Source of the DNA: Octopus sinensis
Lineage: Eukaryota
DNA: 64,000 nt
Assembly: GCF_006345805.1 (NCBI RefSeq)
Contig: NC_043001.1
Coordinates: forward strand, 103,168,001 to 103,232,000
Direction: 5' to 3'
Both the position numbers and the translations under genes were made by a program. Below the pieces are notes generated by a model. The model saw only the letters and a program-made list of their open reading frames with translations. It made no database searches and had not been told where the DNA came from. Below are positions 27,416 through 39,425 of this stretch, piece after piece; positions within the stretch are counted from its first letter, which is position 1; each line of letters starts with the position of its first letter.

Positions 27416-27761
27416 ACAGATGGGCACACTTGTGTAGTTGTATCCTATAATTATGATAAAACTGATTTATAAAATACTACACAGCTGAATGAATATGTTC
27501 ACCTTAACGAAATTTGAATACGAAGTTTAAAGGTTCTAATCAAATGACTTCTCGTTTTTCCCGTCAATCAATTTTGCAATAAAATAATCGTTTCTAACAA
27601 GGGCAAAAAACCTGAAATTTAAAAGAGGACTTATCGATTACATTGGTCTCAGTTCCCAATTGATTCTTTATTTAATCGAAGCATGAAGGATGACAGGGAA
27701 AAGTTGACTTTGACGGGAGTTGAACTTAGAACGTTAAAGAAAAGTAACTGAATATTCCAAG

Positions 27762-28032
27762 CCTGTGATTCTCAACCGGGGTCCCTATTATCCCAGTGGG
27801 TCCGTATGATCCCAGCGGGTCCATTTAAGGTTATGTTTATAAAGTTTTTTGATAAAAAATAGATAAAAACGATGGACAATTAATTAGTTACACTTCTACA
27901 AAACACTAAGTATTTTAACCTTTTTAAAATACAATTTCTATCAATATTTAATTATAAAAATATTATTAAAGGATTTTTTAAACATCGAATGGCTATGGTG
28001 GTCCAATAAAGAGAAAATGGTCGAGAACCACG
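27762..28032. mobile_element. hAT-type MITE (related ends near 16870-16887 and 46830-46844; related body near 45050-45200)
   Basis: CCTGTGATTCTCAACC ... GGTCGAGAACCACGG, a degenerate CAGTGGTTCTCAACC TIR. Confidence 0.65.
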
Positions 28033-28561
28033 GCTCTAAATGAATTCATTCGAAGAACTGTCGATTCCGATATTCAAATAAACGAGGCATTTTTAAGAAT
28101 TAGTTATTCTGAGCAATGTAAGTCGATGTGTGGTGTCAGAGGGTCGATGTGTGATGCAATTATTAACACTACATGAGGTAATTAGCAGTTTATGATATCA
28201 TGAATCAATTTGTGGCATTTCATCATCATGAGTAATGTCGACACGTCAGCTTAGCTTAGCTGTCGACCTCTCTGAATTTTATAAGATTAACGCTGTGTGG
28301 GGTTATAGCGAGTGATCTAAATTTGGCGAAGGCACGTGGCTTCGTGGCAGAGGCATTCAGCTCCCGATCGAAAGGCAGTGGTTTCGGTTCCAGGGAATGC
28401 GCTTTGTCCCTGAGTAAGATATTTTATTTCACATTGCCCGAGTCCACTCAACTGGGAAAAATAAAAAATAAAAATGAGTAGTACTTGTATTTCAAAGGGT
28501 CAGCCTAATCACATTCTGTGTCACGCTGTGGTAAACAGGTTCAAAGAACAGCTACTCTGGA

Positions 28562-28593
<32 letters not shown>

Positions 28594-28760
28594 ATGAAAG
28601 AAATAAAGAAAGGAAAAGAGACCATTTGCCGTGTTATATCTGTATACATTGGCAATGATAATATCGCTGGTCATTCAGTTGTCTCTACATTGTTTCGATA
28701 TCATTAGATGAGAACAAAGGAAACCTTATCGTTGCTTATTTAAAACAATTCACCGAAAGA

Positions 28761-30736
28761 AGGCGGCGAGCAGGCAGAAAGAAACGTTAGCACGCCGGGC
28801 GAAATGCTTAGCCGTATTTCGTCTGCCGCTACGTTCTGAGTTCAAATTCCGGCCTAGGTTGACTTTGCCTTTCATCCTTTCAGGGTCGATAAATTAAGTA
28901 CCAGTTACTGGGGTCGATGTAATCGACTTAATAATCCGTTTGTCTGTCCTTGTTTGTCCTCTCTGTGTTTAGCCCCTTGTGGGTAATAAAGAAATAGGTA
29001 TTTTAAACAATTCACCGAAACGTTTAACAATTTGTTTTTCTTCGGCAAAACAGATCCTCGCTTAACTGAACTTTTTTTTAATCCTAAAAAAGGAATAGCT
29101 CTCATGACGTCATAATATTGCGCTCGTTTACGCAATAACAATGTTTTTGTAATGTCGACAATTTCAATTAATTAAACGTCGCTTGTCTGGTTTCCTTTGC
29201 AGCCATTTTTGTATGAATTTTGGTAATGAAAGAACCTGTTTAAAGCGGGAATATTATTTTGATAATCCATCGCCAGATATTATGACGTCATCAGAAGTAT
29301 TCCTTGTGTGTTTTGTTATTTTTGCTTCTCACCTAAAGTCAAGTATCGATGACTAACATCAACAGACGATCACAAATATTGGTTTCAAATTTTGGCACAA
29401 GGCCAGCAATTTCGGAGCAGTGAGTAAGTCGATTACATCGACCTCGGTACACAGCTGGTACTTATTTTATCGAACCCGAAATGTTGAAAGGCAAAGACGA
29501 CCTCGGCAGAATTTGAACTCAAAACGTAAAGACGGACGAAATGACACCAAGCACTTTGTCCGGCGCGCCAACGATTCTGTCAGTTTCCTGTCTTAAGGAC
29601 CACAAATAATAAGGAAAGGATCAACTGAGTGTAGAAGTATGTGATTGACTGGGGCACATCTCGTGGTCTTGAGGAACTTATGGATGCGGCATTAAATTTT
29701 GTGAATTGACGTAAAGTGATGGTTGTCATTGATTTATTATTAAAATATGGCATAAGGCGGCGAGCTGGCAGAATCGTTAGGACGCCGGGCGAAACGCTTA
29801 GCGGTATTTCGTCTGCCGCTACGTTCTGGGTTCAAATTCCGCCGTGGTCGACTTTGCCTTTCATCCTTTCTACATCGATAAGTTAAGTACCAGTTACGCA
29901 CTGGGGTCGATATAATCGACTCAATCCGTTTGTCTGTCCTTGTTTGTCCCCTCTGTGTGTAGCCCCTTGTGGGGAGTAAAGAAATAGGTATTTCGTCTGT
30001 CTTTACGTTCTGAGTTCAAATTCCGCCGAGGTTGATTTTGCTTTCCATCCTTTCGGGGTTGATAAATTACATACCAGTTGCGTACTGGGGTTGATCTAAT
30101 CGACTGGTTCCCTCCTCCAAAATTCCGGGCCTTGTGCCTAGAATAGAAAAAATATATATAATTATGAGTGCTTTTTATATATCCCGAATTCTTATGAGAA
30201 GTCCTTCTAAGGTAAGTAACGCAGTGTTCTGTGTTGTCACACAACCTCCATGTTAAGTTGGAGGTCGCTTCTGTCGCCATTAATTATCAGATAAAAATGT
30301 ATGTTTTAGTAAAAACCATCATATCTTTTCTCAGGAATCAAACATCTTCGTAATTAACAACATAAAACAAACCACCCAGACACACACACACATATCAACA
30401 GTCACAAACCAGTGTAATTTCTCAACTATTTTCGTCCTCTTTAATTTACGTCAGCGACAAAACAATGATGACAAAAAAAAAAACAACAACAATTTCTTTG
30501 TTGTTGATTCACAAATATTTCCTCTGATTTATTCGTTGCTTGTTCAAAACTTGTGACTGTATTGTTTTATTATTGTGGTAATAAATAAACGTGTTTATTG
30601 GCCTTGCAAAAGCATCAGATGCTTTTAAACCCAACACTTAATTCTACTTGACTGACGCTTTGAAGATTAAACCAGACATTACAATCATCATCATCATCAT
30701 CATCATCATCTTCATCATCATCATCATCATCATCAT

Positions 30737-30778
<42 letters not shown>

Positions 30779-31028
30779 TAGTTGTATTACATTATATTTT
30801 AAAACGGTATTGTGTTGTATTATATTGGCTTCGAATTTTGGTACAAGGGGGTGGGGTGAGTTGGTAACATCGACACCAGTGTTCAACTGGTACATTTTTT
30901 TATCGACTCCCGAAAGGATGAAAAGCAAAGTCGACCTCAGCCGAATTTGAACTCGCAACATGAAGACGGACGAAATGCCGCTAAGCATTTCGCCGGAGCG
31001 GTAACGATTCTGCCATCTCACCGCCTTA
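28761..31028. mobile_element. Cluster of SINE family A copies (28761-28997+, 29378-29595-, 29755-29987+, 29988-30150+, 30825-31028-)
   Basis: Family A head and core in each; two alternative 3' tails (TTTGTCTGTCC... versus GGCCTTGTGCC...). Confidence 0.85.
29100..29295. promoter_or_regulatory. Candidate bZIP enhancer cluster
   Basis: Perfect CRE palindromes ATGACGTCAT at 29104-29113 and 29282-29291, and a C/EBP-type TTACGCAAT at 29128-29136, in non-repeat sequence. Confidence 0.35.
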
Positions 31029-31288
31029 GGGTATATCGTTATGTTATCGACGGTTATTAAGATATAGTGAAAGTGGTTCAAGGGTTTGGTAGACTCTTGA
31101 ACGTTTCACCGGAAAGTCACGTGATGAATTCTAAGCGATAAGATTGTTGAGGATTGAGATGAGATTCTTGTTAGATCTAGGTCAAAGCTGACCTAGATTT
31201 TACTTGTTTCATTGGTTGAAATCAACGAAAAATATCTAATTGTTCTAGATATTTTAGAAATGAATTAGTGCTCTTTTATTTTACAACG

Positions 31289-31331
<43 letters not shown>

Positions 31332-31413
31332 CAGCAGATATACATATATGTATATGTGTATAAGGCGCTGGATTTTCATTGCACTGTTGGCAGGCACGTA
31401 GGCTGACGGTGTG

Positions 31414-31473
<60 letters not shown>

Positions 31474-31474
<1 letters not shown>

Positions 31475-31707
31475 ATTTCTTTACAGCCCACAAGGGGCTA
31501 AACACAGAGAGGACAAACAAGGACAGACAAATGGATTACGTCTATTATATCGACCCCAGTGCGTAACTGGTACTTATTTAATCGACTCCGAAAGGATGAA
31601 AAGCAAAGTCGACCTCGGCAGAATTTAAACTCAGAACGTAACGGCAGACGAATACAGCTACGCATTTCGCCTGGCGTGCTAACGTGTCTGCCAGCATGTC
31701 GCCTTCT

Positions 31708-31744
<37 letters not shown>

Positions 31745-32004
31745 ATCTATCTATCTATCTATCTATCTATCTTATTTCTTTACAGCCCACAAGGGGCTAA
31801 ACACAGAGAGGACAAACAAGGACAGACAAATGGATTACGTCTATTATATCGACCCCAGTGCGTAACTGGTACTTATTTAATCGACTCCGAAAGGATGAAA
31901 AGCAAAGTCGACCTCGGCAGAATTTAAACTCAGAACGTAACGGCAGACGAAATACAGCTACGCATTTCGCCTGGCGTGCTAACGTGTCTGCCAGCATGTC
32001 GCCT

Positions 32005-32006
<2 letters not shown>
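31474..32006 (-). mobile_element. Tandem ~299-bp duplication of one SINE A copy within (TCTA)n
   Basis: Copies 31474-31706 and 31772-32006 share private variants (GGATTACGTCTATTATATCGAC, GACTCCGA, GCCAGCATGTCGCC). Confidence 0.9.
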
Positions 32007-32074
<68 letters not shown>

Positions 32075-34147
32075 GGCAGGCTTCGGTCCCGTCTTCCGCG
32101 GCTGGATAGCCGCTTTGTACAGAGGCATCCGTTCGGTAATTCGTGTGAATGGACATCTATCGAGACCCTTCGACATCGCACGTTCGGTCCGTCAGGGATG
32201 CCCCCTCTCGTCGCTTCTATACGTATTGACTCTCGAGCCATTATTGCGGAAGCTGGCAACTTTGAGGGGCATCCCGCGAGAACTGGGATGCGGGACGAGC
32301 GTGTCTGCATACGCGGACGACGTCACCGTCATAGTGTCTAGCCACGAGCACATCGAGCAGGTCGGCGAGACACTGAAAAACTACGAAGCGGTGACAGGAG
32401 CGAAAATCAACCGGGAAAAGTCAGTGGGCTTGCGACTAGGCACCTGGAGAAGCAAGCCCATGCCGTCCACCAGCGCCTCCGTCGTGGGACGCTGGACCGA
32501 CGGCCCGGTTGAGTTGCTCGGGGTCTGGTTTGGTCCGGACCTCCAAGTAGAGAAGAACTGGAACGAGATAACGAGTAGGGTGGTCACTCTCGCCCGGCAA
32601 TGGGCCGAGAGGAAACTGTCCCTAAAAGGTCGGGCGGAGGTGGCGAACACGTACATCGCGTCTGTCATCTACTACCGCCTGACCGTCGTACCTTGTCCCG
32701 ACCCTACCATCACCAAACTACAACGCATTCTCTTTCGCTTCTTGTGGAAAGGATTCGTCCCGATGGTCAGGCGATCCATTTGCTGTCAACACCCGTTAAA
32801 AGGAGGGCTGGGCATGCCGTGGTTGATGATGCGCAGACACGCGCTGAGACTGCGACATCTCTGGCTCTATGTAGACGACGGTGAACAGGTGTGGTCGCCG
32901 TTTGTGAGGTACGCTTTCCCGTAGCTCGTCTCCATGACCGAACTGCAGTCGTGGATCAAAAAGAGGCCGAGGAAGGGCGATTGGCACCGCGAGTGTCGCG
33001 TTGCTCTCAAGCAACTCTGCCGTCCCGGGTCGACCTTGAGTGACTTCAACACAACCAAAGCATTCTATAGGGGATTAGTGGAGGGGAGGTACGACGACGA
33101 GCTCGGGGCGAACCTGGACGTCGACGAGGAGTACCTGACCCGCCTGTTCAGGACGACTTTCGGGCCAGGGCCCATGGACAACTTCCAGAGATCCCTGGCC
33201 TGGCAGTGCTACCGAGAAGCGCTACCCGTTCGGGATAAGCTCTACAGACACGGCTCGAGAAACACGGGGCCGACCTGCCCGAGATGCGGTCAGACGACGA
33301 AACCGTTCTGCACGCACTCGTGCAGTGTCCAACAATTTCCGACCTGTGGGCTTATGTCGAACAACTGCTGTCACGTGTGGGACGAGTCAGTTTATCAGCT
33401 GAGTCTATCGTCAATATTGTCACGCCTCCTTCCTTCAAACGGGAAGGAAGAGCTATTTTCATCATCCTTGTGGCTATGGCGAAAGAATGTATCTGGTGGA
33501 CGCGTCTGAAAGGATTGGAGACAAACACTTTCCTCTTTGGTCAATCTCTCATCAACTTCTTCAAGTACCACTTGAAAAGGAAAGTGAGAGTAGAGAGGCA
33601 AGTTTTGTCTAGCGAATGTTTTAAAAAAAGATGGGTGAATGTAGCAAGGATGGCACGTATGAATGACGAAGCCACCTTGAGCATAATGCTATGAACCCAG
33701 AAATTGAAAACAGGGTTACCCACTTGCAAACAAATGTGGTAACATATAACAATATTGACCAAGGTTACCGTGGTCTTTTTCGTAGGCTTTTCTTCCCACG
33801 GATAAACCTTACTTGCTTTCCCCTTTACACCATATATCATAACACTGTGATACACGATCCCTATTGATCGTTTTTTTTTCTTCTTCCCCCTTTTTGCCCC
33901 TTTCTTCTTCTTTTTTCATTTCTCTTTCCTTTTGTTCCTTTTCCTTTTCTTTTTTTCCTTTTATTCCTTTTATTTTATTCAAATTTTTTTTTGTTCTTTT
34001 CTTCCCTTTTACGATCCCTCTTGATCGAAAACCTACGCCACCCCTTTTTTTTTCTTTTGTTTTTTGTTCTCTTCATCCCCCAAAAGAAAAGCTCTACCTT
34101 GTAACTTGTCCCATCTGTGTGCAGCCCTGTGTGGCCAATAAAGAAAC

Positions 34148-34150
<3 letters not shown>
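32075..34150 (+). mobile_element. 5'-truncated Tx1/L1-clade LINE embedded in (TCTA)n
   Basis: RT motifs VRQGCPLS and AYADDV, then CPRCGQ...HALVQC zinc knuckle; one in-frame stop (32922-32924) and a frameshift near 33290; T-rich 3'UTR; AATAAA at 34137-34142 followed by (TCTA)n rather than poly(A). Confidence 0.9.
32115..33694 (+). pseudogene. Tx1-like ORF2 C-terminal half (RT and zinc knuckle), disrupted
   Basis: ORFs 32115-32924, 32934-33509 and 33284-33694 join into one L1/Tx1-type ORF2. Confidence 0.85.
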
Positions 34151-34216
<66 letters not shown>

Positions 34217-34268
34217 CATCTATCCATCTATCTATCCATCTATCTATCCATCTATCCATTTATCCATC

Positions 34269-34333
34269 TGTTGTGTGTAGTTTGGGTTCTAATGGGATAG
34301 ACAACCAATTGAAAACCCAAACTACACACAACA
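34269..34333 (+). repeat. 65-nt fold-back cassette in place of the 5' LTR
   Basis: Perfect 20-bp arms TGTTGTGTGTAGTTTGGGTT (34269-34288) and AACCCAAACTACACACAACA (34314-34333); the first 40 nt are the reverse complement of 38816-38855 at 37/40. Confidence 0.95.
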
Positions 34334-34346
34334 TGGTGGCAGCGGT
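34334..34346 (+). promoter_or_regulatory. Primer-binding site, probably tRNA-Leu
   Basis: TGGTGGCAGCGGT is complementary to ...ACCGCUGCCACCA, the 3' end of animal tRNA-Leu isoacceptors. Confidence 0.75.
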
Positions 34347-34456
34347 AAATAATTAATCGAGAACTGTGCCTTTAAAACAAAACAGGAACACAACGAACGA
34401 GGAATTAACAAACAAAACATCGCTTCGTCTTCGGACAATAAACACGACGATCCAAG

Positions 34457-35661
34457 ATGGCGACCCCCGTCGCCGTACAGATGAATCTACATCCGATTAT
34501 GCACTGGGATTCTAGTGATGTCGTAGAAGCATTTAAAAAGTTTAAACAGAAAACTCAACTAGCTTTCAAAAGTTTCCTGAAAGGCACAACTGACGATGAA
34601 AAGGTAAGCTATATCCTTTTATGGTCAGGTAATAAAGGAATAGACCTATACAATAGCTGGGATATGTCAGAATCCGACTGCAATAACCCAGACACACTTC
34701 TTGAGAAATTTGAAAGGCACCTAGATCCCAGGTCGAACCATAGAATTCGCAGATACGAATTCCAGGGCCTGAAACAAGCCCCACAAGAAACAATTGACAA
34801 TTTCCTGTCAAGACTGAAAAATGTTGCAGAGAAATGCAAATTCAAAGACAGAGAGGAGAGAATTGTAGACCAATTAATATGGGGGTGTGCCCAGAAAGAA
34901 GTACAAAAATCACTAATAGGTAAGGACGCTCTCCAGTTGGTAGAAGCAGTAGACACTGCAAGAGCATTCGAAGCCACTACCAAACAAATGGCCTCACTTA
35001 GCTTACAAACAAGCTCACTAGATAGCAGTGTAGATATTGTATCTAGGCACAGGACACATATCCACAAACAAAGAACATGCCAGTACTGTGGTACAGAGCA
35101 TGAATTTAATGTCCTGCATTCGGTACACACTGCAAAGGATGTGGAAAACTTAACCACTGGAAAAAAATGTGTAGGGTAACAAAATCCCAGAGATACAAGC
35201 CCCAATTTTCAAAGAGGAGCAGAAATAGAAGGGATATACATGCACAACAACAGGAACAAAACACCTCAGAGGAGGAATTCTTAGCAATTGGCATAATAAA
35301 TGTGCATGAGATGGGAAAGGACGACCGGAAGAAAGAAGATGAGGCATACACGACAATAAGAATTCAAAAGAAGGTCGGAAGGAAAAGAACAAACATAGAC
35401 TTAAGGCTGAAGATAGACACTGGGGCCCAGAGTGATATCTTGCCTGTCAGTTTATACAAGAAGATGTTCCCAGAAAATATGACAGAAGAGGATAGGGTCA
35501 GGAAAGGAATCCTCACACCAAGTGATGTGGTCCTCACTGCGTACGGAGGTACCAGGATTCCACAACTGGGGAAAACAACGATTGGGGGACACACAAAAGG
35601 AAAACAACCGAGTGTACATTTTATGTCACAAGAACTGGACTCAATACCTGCAAAAAGCTAA
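34457..35661 (+). pseudogene. Gypsy gag and aspartic protease (frameshifted)
   Basis: Gag-like ORF with ETIDNFLSRLKNVAEKCKF...IVDQLIWG; CQYCG...H / CKGCGKLNHW zinc knuckles split by a frameshift near 35110; protease IDTGAQ. Confidence 0.85.
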
Positions 35662-35684
35662 AGATTGTATCAATCAATGCTGAA

Positions 35685-36980
35685 GTGAAAGCAGCTCCAA
35701 GCAGGATTGACAGTGATATGCCTATCAAAGATCGACCACAAATCACAAACAAAGAGGAACTGATAAGCATGTACCCTGAATGCTTTGACGATACAGTCGG
35801 GTGCTTTGTGAAATGTCGATATCATATAACAGTCGACCCCAATATCAAACGAATTGTTCACCCACCTCGCCGCGTCCCTCTAGAACTAAAAGAGAAGCTG
35901 AAGACAGAGTTGGACAAAATGGAAAAAAAGGAAATAATCACCAAAGTGACACGACCAACAGACTGGGTAAATTCAATTGTGATCAAGGAAAAACCCAATG
36001 GTACCCTACGGATATGCCTCGACCCAAGGGACTTGAACAAGGCATTAAAAAGGGAGTACCATCCAATTCCAACCCTTGAAGAAATCACACCATCATTGGC
36101 TGGATCCAAAATATTCAGCAAACTGGATGCCAGCAATGGGTACTGGAATATAAAAATAGACAAAGAGTCATCGATGCTCACTACCTTCAACACACCATTT
36201 GGCAGATATCAGTTCAACCGACTCCCATTTGGATTGAAGGTGAGCCAAGATGTTTTCCAGCGCCAAATAGATGAGACATACAAAGGCTGCAAGGGAGCAA
36301 TTGGAATAGCAGATGACATCCAAGTGCATGGCAAGGATAAGACCACACATGACTTCAATTTACATGAAGCTATGGAGAAAACCCGTCAAGCAGGCATCAA
36401 ACTCAATGCAGAAAAGTGTATAATAAAGGAAAAGGAGTGCAAATTCTTTGGAATTATATACTCTGCAGAGGGAGTTAAGCCAGACCCCGCTAAAGTGGAA
36501 GCCATCAGAGACATTAAAGATCCTAAGGACAGGAAGGAACTCAGGAGCTTCCTGGGACTCATCAACTACATGGGAGCTTTCATACCCAAGCTGGCCGATC
36601 ACACTGCAAATCTCCGAGAACTAAACAGAGATGACGTAGAGTTTGATTGGTGTGTTTCACACACACAGGATTTCAACACAATCAAAAAGCTCATCAGTAA
36701 GGAGACAACTCTGCAATACTATGACAGACGGAAACCAGTAACACTCCAAGTCGATGCTTCTATGAGAGGAGTTGGCACAGCACTGATACAGGAAGGTAAA
36801 CCCATTGCATATGCCTCGAAAGCTCTCTCACCCACAGAGACAAGGTACGCGAATATTGAAAGGGAACTCCTGGCAGTAGTATATGGATGCGAAAAGTTCC
36901 ATACATACCTGTATGGCAGACATTTCAATATAGAAACAGACCATCGCCCGCTAGAACAAATACATAGAAAAACCTCATGA
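35685..36980 (+). CDS. Gypsy reverse transcriptase and RNase H
   Basis: LRICLDPRDLN, FSKLDASNGYW, RLPFGL, IADDI, LRSFLGLINY, VDAS, YANIERELLAVVYG, ETDHRPL. Confidence 0.92.
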   Translation: MKAAPSRIDSDMPIKDRPQITNKEELISMYPECFDDTVGCFVKCRYHITVDPNIKRIVHPPRRVPLELKEKLKTELDKMEKKEIITKVTRPTDWVNSIVIKEKPNGTLRICLDPRDLNKALKREYHPIPTLEEITPSLAGSKIFSKLDASNGYWNIKIDKESSMLTTFNTPFGRYQFNRLPFGLKVSQDVFQRQIDETYKGCKGAIGIADDIQVHGKDKTTHDFNLHEAMEKTRQAGIKLNAEKCIIKEKECKFFGIIYSAEGVKPDPAKVEAIRDIKDPKDRKELRSFLGLINYMGAFIPKLADHTANLRELNRDDVEFDWCVSHTQDFNTIKKLISKETTLQYYDRRKPVTLQVDASMRGVGTALIQEGKPIAYASKALSPTETRYANIERELLAVVYGCEKFHTYLYGRHFNIETDHRPLEQIHRKTS

Positions 36981-38452
36981 AAGCACCAGCCAGACTGCAA
37001 AGATTACTGTTAAGGCTTCAAACATATGACTATGATATCAGGTACAAGCCAGGAAAAGACACGATATTGGCGGATGCTCTTTCCAGACTATCCTCACATG
37101 ATAAACAGGAGATGGAAGGACTGAGCATAAAGGTCCACCACATTGTAAATGTGACAACCACAAAGCTAGCGGAAATCAAAGAGGAGACCAGCAAAGATGA
37201 AGAACTTCAGCTCCTTACTCAGATGGTGATTCAGGGGTGGCCAGAAAAGAGACATCAGGTACAACCCCTGATTCGTGAATATTGGGCCATCCATGATGAT
37301 ATATCAGTGGAGAATGGGATCCTGATGGCTGGATCTCGAATAATTATACCCAAGTCAATGCAAGAAGAGATTCTTGACAAGATCCACCAAGGGCATCTCG
37401 GAATGGAAAAATGCAAGCTCCGAGCCAAGTCAGCAGTATATTGGGTAGGCATGTACAAAGACATAGAAAAGACAGTTTCTACATGCCACATTTGTCAAAA
37501 GTACAGAAACTCACAACAAAAGGAAGAAATGATATCTAGTGACATCCCAAGAAGGCCATGGTAAACTATTGGAGTAGATCTGTTCACAGAGGGCCAAGAA
37601 TGGTATTTGATAATAGCCTGCTACTACTCTAAATTTCCATTTGTGAGAAAAATTAAAGACCTGACAGCCAAAACAATCACTACAGTGGCTCGAGGACTCC
37701 TAGCAGAGCAAGGAATACCAGAGCAGGTCATATGTGACAATGGAACCCAGTTCACATCACAAGAATTCAAAAAGCTAGCCGATGAGTATGGGTTCAATAT
37801 TACAACTTCATCTCCACACTACCCCAAAGGTCATGGGTTTATAGAAAGACAGGTGCAGACAGTGAAGAGAACACTAGTCAAATGCCGAGAGACTAAGGAA
37901 GACCCACACCTGGCACTTCTGTCCCTACGAGCGACACCACTAAGAGCTGATATGAAATCCCCAGCAGAATTGCTGAATGGCAGGAAGTATAAAACTACCC
38001 TGCCAACTAAGATCCAACCTCCTATTGACCAGGAAAAGACAAGGGCAAAGCTAGCATCCACTCAAGAACAATCACAGAGGTATTACAACAAACATGAACA
38101 ATACTTACCTGAGATACTTGGAGGACAACATGTGCATACTCAAGATCCCATAACTAAAACATGGATCCCAGCAAAGGTTGTCAGTAGAGCTGAAACTCCA
38201 AGATCGTATATAATAGAAACGGAATCTGGTAGGCAGCTGAGACGCAACAGGGCCCACATCCGCCCAACACCAGAGCTGTCGAGGAAAACGTGTACAACAC
38301 CTGCTGCATTGGTGACAACACCCACAAAATCATCACCCCAACGGGCACAAACCACATATCAGCAGCCCAACAACACACCTCAGACACCGGTGCGAAGCAC
38401 AAGATCCACCAGATGGAGAAAGAACATTCTGCCACCGGTTCGATACCGTTAA
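36977..38452 (+). pseudogene. Gypsy integrase (HHCC and DDE), one in-frame stop at 37562-37564
   Basis: IHQGHLG...CHIC; GVDLF; CDNGTQF; GFIERQVQTVK; RRNRAHIR. Confidence 0.9.
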
Positions 38453-38637
38453 AGAAAAAAAAAAGGAAATGAAAAGAGAAGTATCTAATTCAGCTAGACT
38501 ACAAAACAGAGGCAGAATAATCTCACGACTTCTGCTGTAGGATTGCCACCTCAGGCTGACAACCCATGGAGCAAGGGAGACTACTCATAGTTGTCTTCAC
38601 TGCCAGAAGACCCCTTTTATTTTTTTTCAAGAAGGGA

Positions 38638-38855
38638 TGTTACACATTCATATCTATGTGTTTGCGTATGCCAAACTACATCCCCACTCTTGGCACTATT
38701 TTGTTAGTGAACAGTACAACTGTGTGTAAAGTATATAATGTATTACTACGCTGAATGTCGTCGTCCGTGTATCATGAATAGTCGATAAACACGTAACAAT
38801 AACAATGGTTTTCTTTTGGTTGTCTATCCCATTAGAACACAAACTACGCATAACA
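38638..38855 (+). repeat. Single 218-bp 3' LTR, preceded by PPT AAGAAGGGA (38629-38637)
   Basis: Begins TGTTA right after a T-run and purine tract; ends TAACA. Confidence 0.8.
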
Positions 38856-38869
38856 CCATCTATCCATCC

Positions 38870-38936
<67 letters not shown>

Positions 38937-38942
38937 CATCTA

Positions 38943-39367
38943 GCCACCTTGAGCATAATCCTATGAACCCAGAAATTGAAAACAGAGGGTTACCCACTTG
39001 CAAACAAATGTGGTAACATAACAATATTGACCGAGGTTACCGTGGTTTTTTTCGTAGGCTTTTCTTCCCACGGATAAACCTTATCTGCTTCCCCCTTTAC
39101 ACCGTACATCATGACACTGTGACACACGATCCCTATTGATCGTTTTTTTCCCTCTTCCCTTTTTTCTTCTTTTTTCCTTTTCTTTTCTCTTGTTTCTTTT
39201 CCTTTTTTTCTTTTTTTTTCTTTTTTCCCTTTTACGATCCCTTTTGATCGAAAACCTACGCCACTTTTTTTTTTTTTATTTTTGTTTTTTTTTCATCCCC
39301 CAAAAGAAAAGCTCTACCTTGTAATTTTTCCCATCTGTGTGCAGCCCTGTGTGGCCAATAAAGAAAC

Positions 39368-39370
<3 letters not shown>
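38943..39370 (+). mobile_element. Second, heavily 5'-truncated copy of the Tx1-like LINE (mostly 3'UTR) in (TCTA)n
   Basis: Aligns to 33671-34150 with the same terminus GCCAATAAAGAAACTTA followed by (TCTA)n. Confidence 0.9.

Positions 39371-39425
<55 letters not shown>

Larger units (their letters stand above)
34269..38855 (+). mobile_element. Ty3/Gypsy retroelement (gag-PR-RT-RH-IN) with atypical ends
   Basis: TG...CA termini, CCATC on both flanks (34264-34268, 38856-38860), PBS, PPT, and domain order PR-RT-RH-IN. Confidence 0.95.
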
